Assembly (NCBI GenBank): GCA_040954595.2
Contig: CM082586.2
Location: 8,773,337-8,837,336 of the forward strand
Source: Balanoglossus misakiensis
Taxonomy: Eukaryota; Animalia; Hemichordata
Reading direction: 5' to 3'
Length of the DNA: 64,000 nucleotides
Under the pieces are notes generated by a model that saw only the letters and a program-made list of their open reading frames with translations, ran no database searches and was not told the origin of the DNA. Below, in pieces: positions 12,841 to 26,151 of this stretch. Positions within the stretch are counted from its first letter, which is position 1; each line of letters opens with the position of its first letter. Made by a program: the position numbers and the translations under genes.

Positions 12841-13599
12841 CTATGGAGAGAAAAAAAAAATTACAACCCAATTAGGAATTTATTTCACACTTAAGTTATT
12901 CTTTGAAGTTGGTTGATAAATCATAAAAATCTTTGATTTTGTTATTATTTGAATTTTATTTTTAATTTATCATTTATAGTGCAAAATTACCTTGTTATTG
13001 AATGACAGCTATTTTGATCTGACATTTCAGAATACGGGACATTCAATTCAAACCCAACATTGTACACTGTGCAGTATTGATATCCAATGTAGGATCTGAC
13101 CAAACATAAACCAACATCTTAACGCAAAATAATATGATTCCTTTTCATGAAAGGCTTTTGTACAAATGATTGTAAACAGGTGGTTCATTGTGTCTTTGTT
13201 ACAGAGTACATTATTTCTGTGTTGCACAATCAAGGTAGGCTATCACGGTTTCACTATGAGACACATTTGTGATAATGGCTCATATCATTTGACCAATTCA
13301 ATAGATACACCTGCACATTAAATAAACATTCTCGGATGTAAAACATTCACTCCTTACTGAAAAGTTCCAGGTAAGAGAAACCTTTATGAGGCTGAAGAAA
13401 TGAATTGTGAAACCTCAAACAACACCAAAGTTCTCCACTGCTAAATTGTTCTATTTGTTCAAGCTCAAAATTGAGAGTTATAAAGCCTGCAACTGAAACT
13501 TCTCAGTAAAACACTGGAAAGTGTATCAATTGGTTTCAGACTTGGCGAATATCATTTAGTAACTTGCCACATATTTTATATCCAAAATTAGTAGTGGAC

Positions 13600-13671
13600 T
13601 AGCCTAGTATCTAGCCGTATTTTGTTTGCTTTGCTTCCAAAACTAACAACATACGGCTAGGTACTAGGCTA
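13600..13671. mobile_element. 72-bp hairpin MITE with TAG...CTA ends and 9-bp TSD (AcademH- or MuDR-like)
   Basis: tagcctagtatctagccgtat...atacggctaggtactaggcta flanked on both sides by gtagtggac. Confidence 0.85.
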
Positions 13672-15323
13672 GTAGTGGACATGGATGATGGAGACAGAAA
13701 TTTAGTGTGCGTTTAAGAATAAAGATGATGGCTCTACAGGCAGGGCATTGAAGACTTCTGAAACACATGGTATTACTGTTTTAGTTTATTAGTCGAAGGA
13801 AACTAAACACCTTCCTTACAATATAAAATGAACCTTCGGCTAAAATACTCCTGGTATAGGAAATTCCACTTATTATTATCATCGTCATATCCCAATCACC
13901 TTCCATATAATCAATATTCTTAACAGCAGAGGATGAGACCCATTTGTATACTACCCAGCTACATGTATATCCAATTGAAAGTATTGACAATTTGGTGCAA
14001 TTCAAATACAATGAAATGCAACTCCATTGAAGGCTGAATAAATAAGACACCATGATTACATATTTGTACACATACATTGAACACTGCTGCAAACTGACCG
14101 TCTCATGTTTGCTGGCTACACATTCCAGTCACTGCTCGCAAGATTTAATTGCATTACAGAAAGCAGCTTGTGTCATGAGAACATGTTGCGTGTCAACCAC
14201 TGCAGCATAGTCATCGGTCAAAAGATCGAAGATAAACACCTGCCAATTCTGGAGGCCTTAAAGCCTCAGTATTTCTCGTAGGGGCAAAATTTTGTTTGAA
14301 ATGGCATCTATAATTTCTAAAAGTAGATGATAATTGATACTGAATCGAACAGTCATCATCCCCAGCTCTGCTGATAAACTCATACAATTTACAATATAAC
14401 GAGTGAAGAATGACTTTCTGTCCGGACAGAAAGTCACGTGAGTCAGGCTCCTGTTGACACACGTGACTAGTGCGCATGCGCACTCAAATATGAATCTACA
14501 CGGAAGAGGTTTAGTCGCCTCAAATCTAACGACTCAGCGAAGAAATGCGCACTAATTCGGCGAAATTTTTGGAAGATAACTTTATGGGAGAAATCAGTCG
14601 ATGGAACCAGATCAAATCCGAACATGGTCTGACCATCAAATGTCAAAGTGGCACGTTTGCTGATCGACATGTACAACATTTCCGTTGTAAACAAACCCGC
14701 GCATCATTTCAAGTGTTACGGGCAATATTTACAGCTTGCACGTAGCTACAGTTGCCCAAACCTTTCTTCTATCTTCATTATGTAGTATTCCATGATGAAT
14801 GTACGGGAAAAACGGGCATTTTTCGATGATGAAAAATGGATACACACGAGAAATACTGGGGCTTTAAATAGGTTTCACTTTGTGCTAGGGGGTCAATCAC
14901 ATAATAATTGCATTCTGGGTAAAAAGTCGACAACCCACTGTAGTTAGGGATAGAAGAAACATGTTTACTGTATTTCATGATTTCCTTTGGTCAAACATAT
15001 CTGCCTTTGAAGTTAGCATATTAAACTCATTAAACTTTTTTCACATTTTGTTATTTTTTCTATTACAAAGTTTCAGAATGACCCATCAACACTTTAGCTT
15101 ATGAACTCGCATTTCTTAAACATGGCAAAAATCGGCCATCTTGAAATTGTGTCGACCATATGAGATTTTCATCTCTCACTTAGGTTGCTTAAAACCTATT
15201 TAAGGTAGGTAGAATTGTCACACACAGCAAATGTACACACAAAAGTGCTATTCTATGCTTCCACAGATCATCATGTACAGCTCTCCTTAGAACTGTAGAA
15301 GACATCACTTGTGGGACACTTAC

Positions 15324-15464
15324 CCCATGAGTTCAAAGGTAATACATAAGTGATTTCGGAAATAGAAGTACTCCAGCATGTGTATAACATTATGTGAGTT
15401 GTCCTTGTCTTTCCTCCGAAGGGCATCTAGAATCTTCACTTCTACTAACGCTTGGTGATGAAAC
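15324..15464 (-). CDS. DYRK4: DYRK4 exon ([19 protein letters not shown]...[10 protein letters not shown])
   Basis: ttgaag acceptor, gtaagt donor, 141 nt, phases 2/2. Confidence 0.97.
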
Positions 15465-15753
15465 CTTCAACAATTCAGAGAAGTAGAGAAAACAAAACAC
15501 GATCAGGTTGACAGTTCCAAGGTTAGGGCCAATTTTAGTATAAGCTGACATGTATTATTTATAGGTCACAAAATGTTCACACATACACTGTGTCATAACA
15601 CCACTTTTGTCCAACTTGTTCAGATCTATGCCTAACTCATAATGGCTGCCTTACTTCCCTGTCGTTCATGCTGACATAAACAAAGGCTAAGACACAAACA
15701 TCTGACTGTACCTGGTGACTGCTGAACAGATCATGACTACAATATTGAACACG

Positions 15754-16088
15754 TATTGCCTGGCCATGAGGGCCATAGCGGTCGTTTATTACCCCCTCGT
15801 GGCAGTGAGTTACCAGAATCATATGCTATTTCCCGAGGCGGTAGGCTGAGGGAAATAGCATATGATTCTGGTAACTCACAGTCACGAGGGGGTAAAAACA
15901 GCTGCTATGGCCCGAATATAGGCCAGGCTATAGGTGTTTTATAACAAACCTCATGCTAACACCGTAATGTGACCGGTTTATATTTTTTCTGCTATTTCCC
16001 TATAGGGATTCATAGTCAATTCTATTTTACTATCACGTGACAGATTCTGGCAAATCACGACACAGTATTAGCATGAGGTATATTATAA
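15754..16088 (+). mobile_element. asymmetric element: ~180 bp terminal hairpin followed by a segment bounded by inverted repeats
   Basis: Hairpin 15754-15932 with ccgaggcggtaggctgagg apex; ttataacaaacctcatgctaa (15939) inverted at 16068-16088. Confidence 0.8.
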
Positions 16089-16193
16089 AGCGGTATATCA
16101 AATCCTATGACTGCAAACTGTGTTGCTCATTGGGTTCCACCCACCATCACTATGACAACGATTTGGAGAGTAAAAAAATCAATGAAAATCTTA

Positions 16194-16361
<168 letters not shown>

Positions 16362-17105
16362 TTAGAGACCAACAAAATTATCCACTCATAGATATCTTTG
16401 TAACAGGGATGTACATACATGTAGATGCAAGTATGTGGACAGTTCAACACAGTGAACTGAATACGCTGCAAATTGGCCAGCTGTACTTTGGACTTGTACT
16501 TGAATCTTATGTCCTTAAAGTTTGAACGAATGATTACATCATTGTACACTATCCATGTACCAAGTTTGAATGATACATGTTTAGATATGTTTGTATCACA
16601 GCTATGGACACGACAAAATCCAAACATAATGGCTGGCTGGTGGCCATATTGCAATATAAATTGATGTGCATGGTGTACATCACTTTAAATTATCTTTTGT
16701 AGAGTAATTTAGACTTAGAGTTGCTATGGATATACCGGGTTCATTTCATTCTAATAGTGGCACTCTCTGCATGTCTATTCTTGACTAAATTCTCACTATT
16801 GCCACTGTCATTACTTCACATTTCTGGATTTAACAAGCACACCTGTTCATCTATATTCTATCTTTTTTTTCTTCAAATTTACATGTCCAATCTACTCATG
16901 TGCTGCAGACTAAAAGACCAGAGGCAATTATACTAATTTACAAAACACACTAATTTAATGATAACATCTTAGGTTTGAAAGTATATTGAATATGCCTTTA
17001 AACCTAATATGTTATCATAGTGTACTTTGTGCTGCCAGCAACACTTGAAACAGTATGTTCTTCACTTCTTCTGTACTACCATTTATCATTGAAGGGAGAT
17101 GTTAA

Positions 17106-18323
17106 GGATGTACGCACAGAACATAAACCGGAAACACTGTGCGCCCGGTCTTTTTCCCATAGGATTACATTGATAATTGCTAGAAAACAAACTTCTACTA
17201 TTGTCATTTTCACGAAATTTTACACATAGCTCTGTCCAGTCAATATTAATTCATCACTCAAATAAAATTGTATGGTCACCACGCTCCATTTTGGGTTAAA
17301 TTTCGTTAATTATTTTTCCCATAGACAAAGCATTGGTGAAAAATGCCAGGTCAGCAGATTTTTATATATAATTCCCCCGTATTTCGAACGAGTGTGCCTG
17401 CGTCGCGGACGAGTGATTCCCCGTATAGCGGCCGTATCCCTCCGAGCCGCAGGCGAGGAGGGATACAGCTATACGGGGAATCACGAGTTCGCGACGCAGG
17501 TACACGAGTGAGGAATACGGGGGAATTATATGTTTATCACATACATAGATCCGCTAATTTTGATTTTCAAATAAATCTCTTTGTGGTTGCGATAAAATTT
17601 GGAACTATTTTGTGCAAAATTGAAGATCGATGTTATGCGGTCTATCTGTCAGGTGACTCAGGTCACGACCTGGACGATTCTGGTTTTGGCGAGGACCCGT
17701 CTGTCGTGCTGGATTTCATCGTCCGTCAAGGTTTCACTGGAGCAGGAAACCTTTCTTGTGCCTTTTGCTAGACCGTTTTGCTCTAATCGTCGCATCAAAA
17801 TTTTTGCGAATACTCAGTTTTGTACCTGTCGCTCGTTCGACAACGCGACGACTTTGGCTCAGCACTGACGACCTCGCGACAGTTTTGGTGCAGGTTGGTG
17901 CGATAAAAATGTACACAGGTAAAACTAATCGTCGATCGTCCATATTTACACATACGAAACATTTTATTTATCTTTGCTTATTTTTTATTATCGAAATAAA
18001 ACCAACAATTGCACTGAATTTTGTCGCCCTAAGAGGACTTTGTTTACAAGTTTAAAATAGTTCCGTTTGGTGACGTCAGAGGGATGGGTATTACAATAAC
18101 GCTTGGTGCAAATTTACCTACGTCTGACGTCATACTATGGTATATGCGGAGCTATGTATGTGATAACTTCTATAATCGACTAAATTCATGGCTCTGTATT
18201 TCAAAAACCAGCGCGGTGACCCCTATATTTTATCACAGATTTTCATTATACATACACAGGATAATAAAAAAATCCACAATTAAAAGAAATGACAATACTT
18301 TCAATTTTACTGAACGTATATCC
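17106..18323. mobile_element. Kolobok-like non-autonomous element containing a nested insertion
   Basis: ttaa|ggatgtacgcacag ... ctgaacgtatatcc|ttaa: imperfect TIRs, TTAA TSD, GG/CC ends. Confidence 0.75.
17366..18174 (+). mobile_element. asymmetric hairpin-headed element nested in the Kolobok-like element
   Basis: Hairpin 17366-17531 with ccgagccgcaggcgagg apex; ttatcacatacatagatccgc (17534) inverted at 18146-18166; CpG-rich. Confidence 0.8.
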
Positions 18324-18921
18324 TTAAAAGCATCCAACTGCTTGTCAGAATTTTTCTTTTCTGTTAACTTCAATCGTTTATTTGATAATCTAAATAAAAA
18401 CGAGGACATGTTTATTTGTTATCATCTACAGATGTTCTTCCCTGAGTCTGAATTGATTTTCACAAACAGATGCCTAAAGAACGAAATATTACAACTCAAA
18501 GTTAAACCTCATCAGCCCATAATGGAACAGGATGACATTCTTAGATGTTTGCTTATGACAGAAACAAATGCTTCTATACACATGGTAAAGGCACGTGTCC
18601 TTTGATATAGTACATGTACAAGAACATACCAATAAGCAAAATGGCGACTTTAAAATCTTCAAAAATTTACTGTGGGGGAGAGTTTGTACGGCCGCCATAT
18701 TGGATTCTGAACTCCGGGTTCTGTTTACATCCTGTACTCAAAGTTTACAATCATAATCTATTTAATCTAACAGCTTTCAAGTTTCAGTCTGGTACACAAT
18801 ATGCAAGTTATTAAATAGTAAGTAAGTGGCATGTACAATTTTCTCAGACGTTATTCAAATCTCCCCAAATCATTTCACAGCAATATCTACTAAAAGAATA
18901 GATTGCTATGGCATAACTCAC

Positions 18922-19085
18922 CTTTATATAGGACCCGTTTTCATCATCATAACCATTGTTCTGAGACGCCCCTTGAACTCCTTCCACTTTCTTAGCTTCC
19001 AAGCCTAAAAACCAGTTTTCTGGATAGTCTAAGATTTCACTCTGTTCAAATGCTGTAAGTTTGCTGCGGTATAACTTTAATGACT
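18922..19085 (-). CDS. DYRK4: DYRK4 exon, NAPA region and DH box (ESLKLYRSKLTAFEQSEILDY...YDDENGSYIK)
   Basis: ttttcag acceptor, gtgagt donor, 164 nt, phases 1/0. Confidence 0.97.
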
Positions 19086-22000
19086 CTGAAAATCAAACCA
19101 CACAAACAGAATGACCATTGTTTATTCTGGCATGAATGATTCCAACAGACATCAAAACTTACTAGTACTGTCCCTTACAGGTATAGCATACATGTAATGT
19201 GAATGTCATTCTAAGTCTACTAGTATATGATGTTCTAATGCAGCGTGCCCTTGAACTTGAAGCCAAAATTTTGCTGACCTGTGCATGAAATGTGACCTCA
19301 TAATGGTCATAAGGTAAACCACAGTTTCCAAAATCTATTAATAAAACATCCTTCCTGAAACTGCACAATATACTTGCAAACTGATTCTGTCTCTGAGGCA
19401 TTCTACTGACAACAGCACTAATCTCTGTTTAGCTGCAGTACAAACTTCCCACTCTAAAAGTTTCCTTTGCACTATTATTATATAATGGAAAGATAATTCC
19501 TATTGATCAGGATTGATTTCGGTGCTCTTATAAAAATAAACGGCAACAAAACGGCCACTTTCTTCTAAAAGTCAGACTATTCATCACCGCAAAACGGAAA
19601 ATCCATTACAAAACCCGGTTGTCATTCTGCATTTGATCTTACACAGTCAAGTAATCATCAGCGGTAAGCACTTCAATGCTGAGCCAATTCATATCATAAT
19701 AGAACAGCATGGGAAATCGCATGCATTATTGATGTTGATTCTATTCACTTGCTTTGCAGTTATTACATTAAAGCTATCCCACTCTATACAGTCTACTGAT
19801 CACAGTCACAGTCTACTTCTTTTCAAAGTACACTCACTTTAATGCTTGTAGTAAAGTATCTAAAAAAGTGTCCACTCTCTCTCTCTCCCTCCCTCTCTCT
19901 AAATGATCACTACCTTTTTTTAGTTTCACATCAAGTCTGACATATGTGTATATTTTGCCAACTAATAAACATGGCATCGAGGGCACTGTGGTCCCATTTG
20001 GAGATTACACAGAAATAGGTATACACCAGAATAAAAATTGGCAAGCAGATATGACCAAGTCATATATAAATATGGAAATGTAAAAAAAAAAATTAACTGG
20101 GAACATGCCCAATCAAGTGTCATGTGACATGGCAATCTTATAAGCGGTTCTAGAAAAATTCATTTTTGACAAAAATTGGGCATTTGCACGATCTGATACC
20201 AACTCAAGGTAACTTTTCATAGGAGGTCAGTGTTTTTTGCGGTACCCGGTAAATGTTACCAGGGTTCCCCAGTCATTTTACTGGAGTTCCCCTTGGTGTA
20301 TCAATGCAGTCATATTAGTAGTGCCAACTAAATATCAAAGGAATTGGAGGACTGGAGAAGAGGCTTGTAGCTGATAGAACTCTGCTGTGTTGATGTGTAC
20401 TACATGTATACAGGAAATGTTTGTGGAAAAGAGGGGGGCAAATGATGTCTTGAGGTTAAATATGCTAGCTCATTTTTCAATTAAGGTGAATCATAGCTGA
20501 TACATAAAAAGAAAATACATAAAAATTAAGATCAATCCTTCCACTTTAAAAAAGGAAGCTAGAAAACTGTATTTGGAATAACTGACTTTTTCCTTACTGT
20601 TTTTAAGAACACCATAAAAATAATCGTAATGTTATCAATTTCCAACTTATAAAAATGATGGTACATACAGCAATATAAAATAAACACAACTGTTTTCTGA
20701 ATTCTATTTTTGGTTGACAATGAGAGGCTGCATGCATGGAGTCTCAATGGTACAGTGTGTATAGCGTTGGCGAAGAAATGGAGACTTCTTCTTGCAGGGA
20801 TATAGAAAGGGAAAGCTAAACACTTCATTCAAATCACATTTCATTATGGGAAATGTCAGAGTATCAAGCAACATTGTCACAAAGCACGATGACACTCCGC
20901 ATCCATTTTTCATACAAAGAGATGATACTTGCAATTTTTTTTTATATTTCGCATTGATGACATTCATATCAACATGGAGGTTTAAGCCCTGCAGGCTCTT
21001 TTCAGTTCTTCATCTGATATTTACCAAACCCAGTACCAAGTACACATGCATGCTACTTGTACATTGTTTATTACAGTCTTCTAATGCAAATCTAGCTAGT
21101 TACAATCAAAAGTTGAGATCTAGCCAATAATAGATTTTCACAGGATGGCCATGTGAAAAAATTGTACAATAAAATATTTTTTAGCTAATTATGCAAAATC
21201 AACACAGATGTAGTAACACACGGAAATGGACAGCTGTAACTTAAACTGATTTTTTCGAGCTTTCCCCATCGACAAGACAGGCCTGAAGTGAGCTGCCATT
21301 TTCTTGTATGACACATTCTCATTGATCAATTGGGGGGGGGGGGGGGGGGGGGAGGGGGGTGTGTGGCGTGTGAACCATATTTCCTGCTTTGTTGCATTTC
21401 TTATCAAAGTTGCCATAAAGCCTCAGATTTGGTGATCTTCGTACTACATTATTTTAAAGAAGTAAGTACAATTTTTAAGGCTTTCCTTTGTGTTACACGT
21501 TTGGTGTCAGTTTGCATAATGACCAAGCTTTTTTCAGTAATCTACAATGGGGTGGTTTCTTGAGATGGTTTCTTGCAATCCACCACTTTCCCATGGTGTT
21601 CACTCATAGATTAGCAGACATCTTGAGTTGTAAATATAATACCAGGTTTAAAGCTTGTTCTCACTAAAAGTTTCGACACTCAGGTGTTATGCCAGTGTTT
21701 ACTCTCTGCAAACACAGGGGATTAGCCCACAGAATCTCTGTGCTTCCACACACTAAACTTTTGGCCACTGTTTTGAAATAAACACCGTCTAAATGGTCAT
21801 GTTTAGCAACACGGCAACTAACAAAATTGAGTACGTCGAGGACATTACAGCAACATGTTTCAGTTTCTATACCTGCATATGCGTTCTAGACGACTTTGTG
21901 ACAGTTTTGATAATGTTTAAAAGTAAATGAATGTTAATCCATAAATGCTCCGACGCAAATATGCAGTGAGAACGCAAAGATGACCCCAATATATGTATTA

Positions 22001-22414
22001 CTAAAATTTGAGGTAATCAAACATTTGCATCATTTCTCCGCTAGCAGTACAGCACTTTTTGAAGGTGTTTACTGGCACGTCTATCAATATCTTATTTTCA
22101 TACGTACATTGTCATTTTCATGAGTGCATTTCCAACAGAAATTCTAATTTTCATATTTTTACCAATATCTCTGACATAATATGTTGCAGCACATTTCCAA
22201 TACATGGCAAGTGAAAACTGAGATGCCTCAATTCATAGAAGTGAAAAATAATCAGCTTAGTATGTGATCAAAAAATAACCCACAGCAAAGCTAGTAATTG
22301 TATGGACAGAAGATCTATGCAACTGTCTAGGGATTGAGACAAGATACTCTTCTATTCACAATCCAAAACTTCATTATTTCACGCAAGAGTGTAACACGAT
22401 GATTGGAAACTTAC

Positions 22415-22482
22415 CACTAGGTGTTAATGGTAGTTTATGTCCATTAGGATCTCTTCTTAATTTATCACTATTTTCTCTGTCA
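22415..22482 (-). CDS. DYRK4: DYRK4 exon (DRENSDKLRRDPNGHKLPLTPS)
   Basis: ttgaacag acceptor, gtaagt donor, 68 nt, phases 2/1; LPLT precedes the NAPA region as in class 2 DYRKs. Confidence 0.88.
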
Positions 22483-23053
22483 CTGTTCAAAACAAATACA
22501 GAATAAGAACAGACATTAAAGTTTAGCGATGTATCAGTTGATTTTGTGAAGAATATGAACACATATGGATCTGCCACCATTATGGCTAGTTCAAATATCA
22601 AAGGTTGTATTTCTATTTTCTGTTATTGTGATGGAATAACAATACTCTACTGCACATAACACTACACCCTCAAAGCAAATTTACCATGGCAACATACATG
22701 TATGTTACTTGCTCACCCTTTTCAAAGCAATAATTTCTTATGAATGACAAAGTGGAAAACTCAAAATACAATTTCCAATAGCTGCTTATCGGAAATATTT
22801 GACTATTTTTGGCCTTACTGCATTGTAATAATATTGCATAAATAACAAGTCATTGTCAATGATTGAGTCTCCACTGATCAATGGAATAAGAAAACATTAG
22901 AAGAAATTATGGTAGAATGAAATAGCCATACATACATAAATGTCATATAAAAGACCAACAAACAAACAAACACACACAATAGACAGAAAGGGAGAAATAA
23001 TTCATGGACAAGTGAGCAAATTTTGCATCCTTTTAATGATTTGTAATACTTAC

Positions 23054-23202
23054 ATGTAAGAGCTTTGTCTACTTGTATTTTGTTGTTGTCCCATAATATT
23101 GCCATATGTGTTATTGAGTTGCGGTAGTGATTCCACATTGCTGCTACTTGTTTTTTGGATTTGTGGAAATGATGTACCAGTAGATGTAGGTGGTAACTTA
23201 GT
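23054..23202 (-). CDS. DYRK4: DYRK4 exon, S/T/Q-rich N-terminal region (TKLPPTSTGTSFPQIQK...SRQSSY)
   Basis: tttgacag acceptor, gtaagt donor, 149 nt; supplies exactly the phase 0 to phase 2 bridge that the flanking exons need. Confidence 0.85.
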
Positions 23203-23705
23203 CTGTCAAATAAACAACAACAACAACAACAACAAAAACATAAATTCTTCATATATCCAACCAAAACAATAATTTCCACATCTTTTTCAACCTTCCTATA
23301 CCAGGTATGTGTAATAAACAACACAAGAATTGTCCAAAAATGTGAGAGCTTTATAATAACTTCAGTGTTATGATCACTAAGTGACTAAGCATTATCCCAC
23401 TAGAGAAAATAAAATACACATGACGATATGGCAAAAGAATAAGTTAAATAATGAATACAGATTAAAGTTGATGAAATTTTGAAGACAAAATCAACTTTTA
23501 CTCATTTGTTCATTAATTCATTCACAGTAAAAGCGTAAAAATAAATTAATTTCATCTATTGCAGCAAAATTTTCTTTAAAATGATTCTAGGATGGAAATT
23601 CTGAATCAGACCTCAGTGTGTATATTGGGGTCAGAGGCATACCAAATGGGACCTACATGTAGTAATGTACTGGTCATGTTGAAAATCCACTGAAGAACAT
23701 CTTAC

Positions 23706-23840
23706 CTCTGATGGCAGTATGTTTTCCCCATTTTTCTTTGAAGAGGAACCTTTACTCTTCACTATGTGACCATTATGAGCTAGTGTTTTGTTGTATTTCT
23801 CGTGAACTAACGCATTCCTATGAAGTGCATCTCGTGGACT
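23706..23840 (-). CDS. DYRK4: DYRK4 first common exon (SPRDALHRN...ENILPSE)
   Basis: catttcag acceptor, GAG|gtaaga donor, 135 nt, phases 0/0. Confidence 0.85.
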
Positions 23841-24024
23841 CTGAAATGACACACACACAAAAATAAACATGTACAGTCAATGTATGTCATGTGAAGAACT
23901 GAACAATTCTGCAGCCTGAATTTAGCTGAAATGATATATCATAATTAATGACCCATCACTGTAAAATACAAACTTGTCTCTACAGGTACCACTGACACTG
24001 CTGTTTCTATGGAAAACTGAAATA

Positions 24025-24204
24025 CAGTCAAACCTCTCTATAGTGGCCTCATCAAGGGAATTTCCTAAACTGGCCTTTATAGAGAGGTGACCTTTATATA
24101 AAGGTTAATTAACACACATGTGAATTGCACACGGACTGTAACAAAGTGGCCACTATATAGAGGTGACCGCTATATAGGGGTGGCCACAAACAGGGATTTG
24201 ACTG
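24025..24204. mobile_element. Tc1/mariner-type MITE
   Basis: ta|cagtcaaacc ... gatttgactg|ta, TA TSD. Confidence 0.8.
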
Positions 24205-26115
24205 TACCGTACATGTATATTGTTTTCTAGTTGCATACACTGTACATCCTAGCTGTGAAAAATTTCGTACAAATTGAAAATGTTGCATCCAGAGACCTCG
24301 TAACCAAAACAAAAAAGGTCCTACTGATGCACAAGTCTGTTATCAGTGACTGGATGTCTTTAGGGTAGTGTTGCTGTCAGTAGGCTAATCGCGATTAGCA
24401 TCAGAGTCCGTGTCAGCCATATTATTCTTAATGTGTGTTGACGTGGCTTTTGTTGGCAACCCGCTTTGAACATGTACTACACCTACACGAATGATCTGAA
24501 TTTTGAGTTCAGAATCAGAGACAGAAATATGCTTATGCAAGCTATATTTTATTTACGTACAGACACAGAAATATGCATCAATTATTAAATTATGAAAGTT
24601 TTTACGCAAACAGACACAGGCATTATGACCCAGAAAATGCTAATTAAACACTACTTGAAACACTAAGAGACTAGAGCCCATTAACATGAATTTTGGACAG
24701 GGAAAGGTGACGGTATTCACTGACTGAAATCTTTGCAAATATTTCATGTTCTGCAGCCCCGTTCTGCCAAGGGATATTTTGTTTGTGATTTGACATAGGC
24801 CTACGTTTTTTTCAGAGGCCAAACATGTGTGCCGAAAACTAAAGACTACACAACACAACATCATTCCAGTTTGCTTTGACTTAAAGCTGACCATTGACTA
24901 TGGTTCACATTGAAAACAGCTCCACGTACATGCATAAGTGGTCAAAGGAACAGATTCCTTGTACAACACCGACATACTGATAATGCACAATGTCTATAGG
25001 GCTGTTTCTTGACTGTGTTTTCTATTGTGTGAGCCTAGTGACGAGCCTTAGGGGAAATCACTTTGTCAAATTCACTGGAACTCTTCTCTAGTTGATAGCG
25101 GCAAATTAAACATCTGAAAAATTAATGTTTCCGTCTTGAGAAAGCAGTCAGACAATCTCCTCCAGTCAAATGATAAATAAGAAATGAGTTTACAACAGAT
25201 AGAGTGATAAAAACAAGATATCAGTGAAAAAACGGGAACAAAAAAAATAGCGTGAACTTTTTTCTCATGTTTTTATCTTAGGAATTTTTCCCCAACTCAT
25301 TTACCTAACATTACATTATAGAACTACCTAAAGTTTAACAGAAAATACCTGAGAAATGTTTCCTTGTTCTAATTTGAGGTTACATTGTATTTTTGCATTT
25401 AGGGAAATTGAATGATCTCCTCTCATGCTGCTACTGAAGTTTATCACTATTTGAGAAACAAGAGTAATTACAACTCAAGCTGCTTTACAATTTCACAGCA
25501 CTGGATGGTCCATTTCTGGTTTAAAGGTTAAATTTTGTTCAGACATCAAACAGTTCCATAGTGAGTAAGTAGACAGACAAATACTGTACAACAAACAAGT
25601 GTTGAACACCAGGTATTAAGAGACTTTCCAGACTAGAAACTTAGTAACTATCAACTAGCCACAAATACACTATGCAACAACTCACAACTACAGCTAGAAA
25701 ATTCAATACCTTCATTAACATTAAACTAGTACTAACCCAAACAGGAAAATATTTCAATTTCACAAAGGCTCTCCTTCATACTTTAACTAAGTAAACTCTG
25801 AAGTATTTTGCATTGCTAAATCCAGACATAACACGGTTCTGCATGACTGGTGACATTCTTTTGTACACACAATCATTACACCTGTGCAAAATAGCATTTT
25901 TGGTGTAAAAAAAGTGACCTGCCCTGGAATTTACAGAGGATTTCTCTTGTGCACATAAGGATATTGACAGTCTTGATCACGGACTGACCCAAACAGTTCT
26001 CTTAATCCTTAAAAGACAGTATTTTACAAATGTACAACAGATCTCTGCCTTGATCCATTCAAGCATTATACACAAGTTGCATCACAGATGTCATGTTCAA
26101 ACGTTACAATCTTAC

Positions 26116-26151
26116 CTTGCCAGTAAGTTTTGAATTTTTTCTGTGGCTCAT
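26116..26151 (-). CDS. candidate alternative first coding exon MSHRKNSKLTGK
   Basis: ATG, 12 codons, strong phase-0 donor AAG|gtaaga. Confidence 0.35.

Noticed and set aside
17343-18605. ORFs of 142 and 173 aa as possible transposase remnants
   Set aside because: They cross element boundaries and palindromes and show no DDE, tyrosine recombinase or HUH motifs.
22878-23324. 148-aa ORF with a poly-Cys run
   Set aside because: The Cys run is a (TGT)n microsatellite, and the true exon 23054-23202 is read in another frame.
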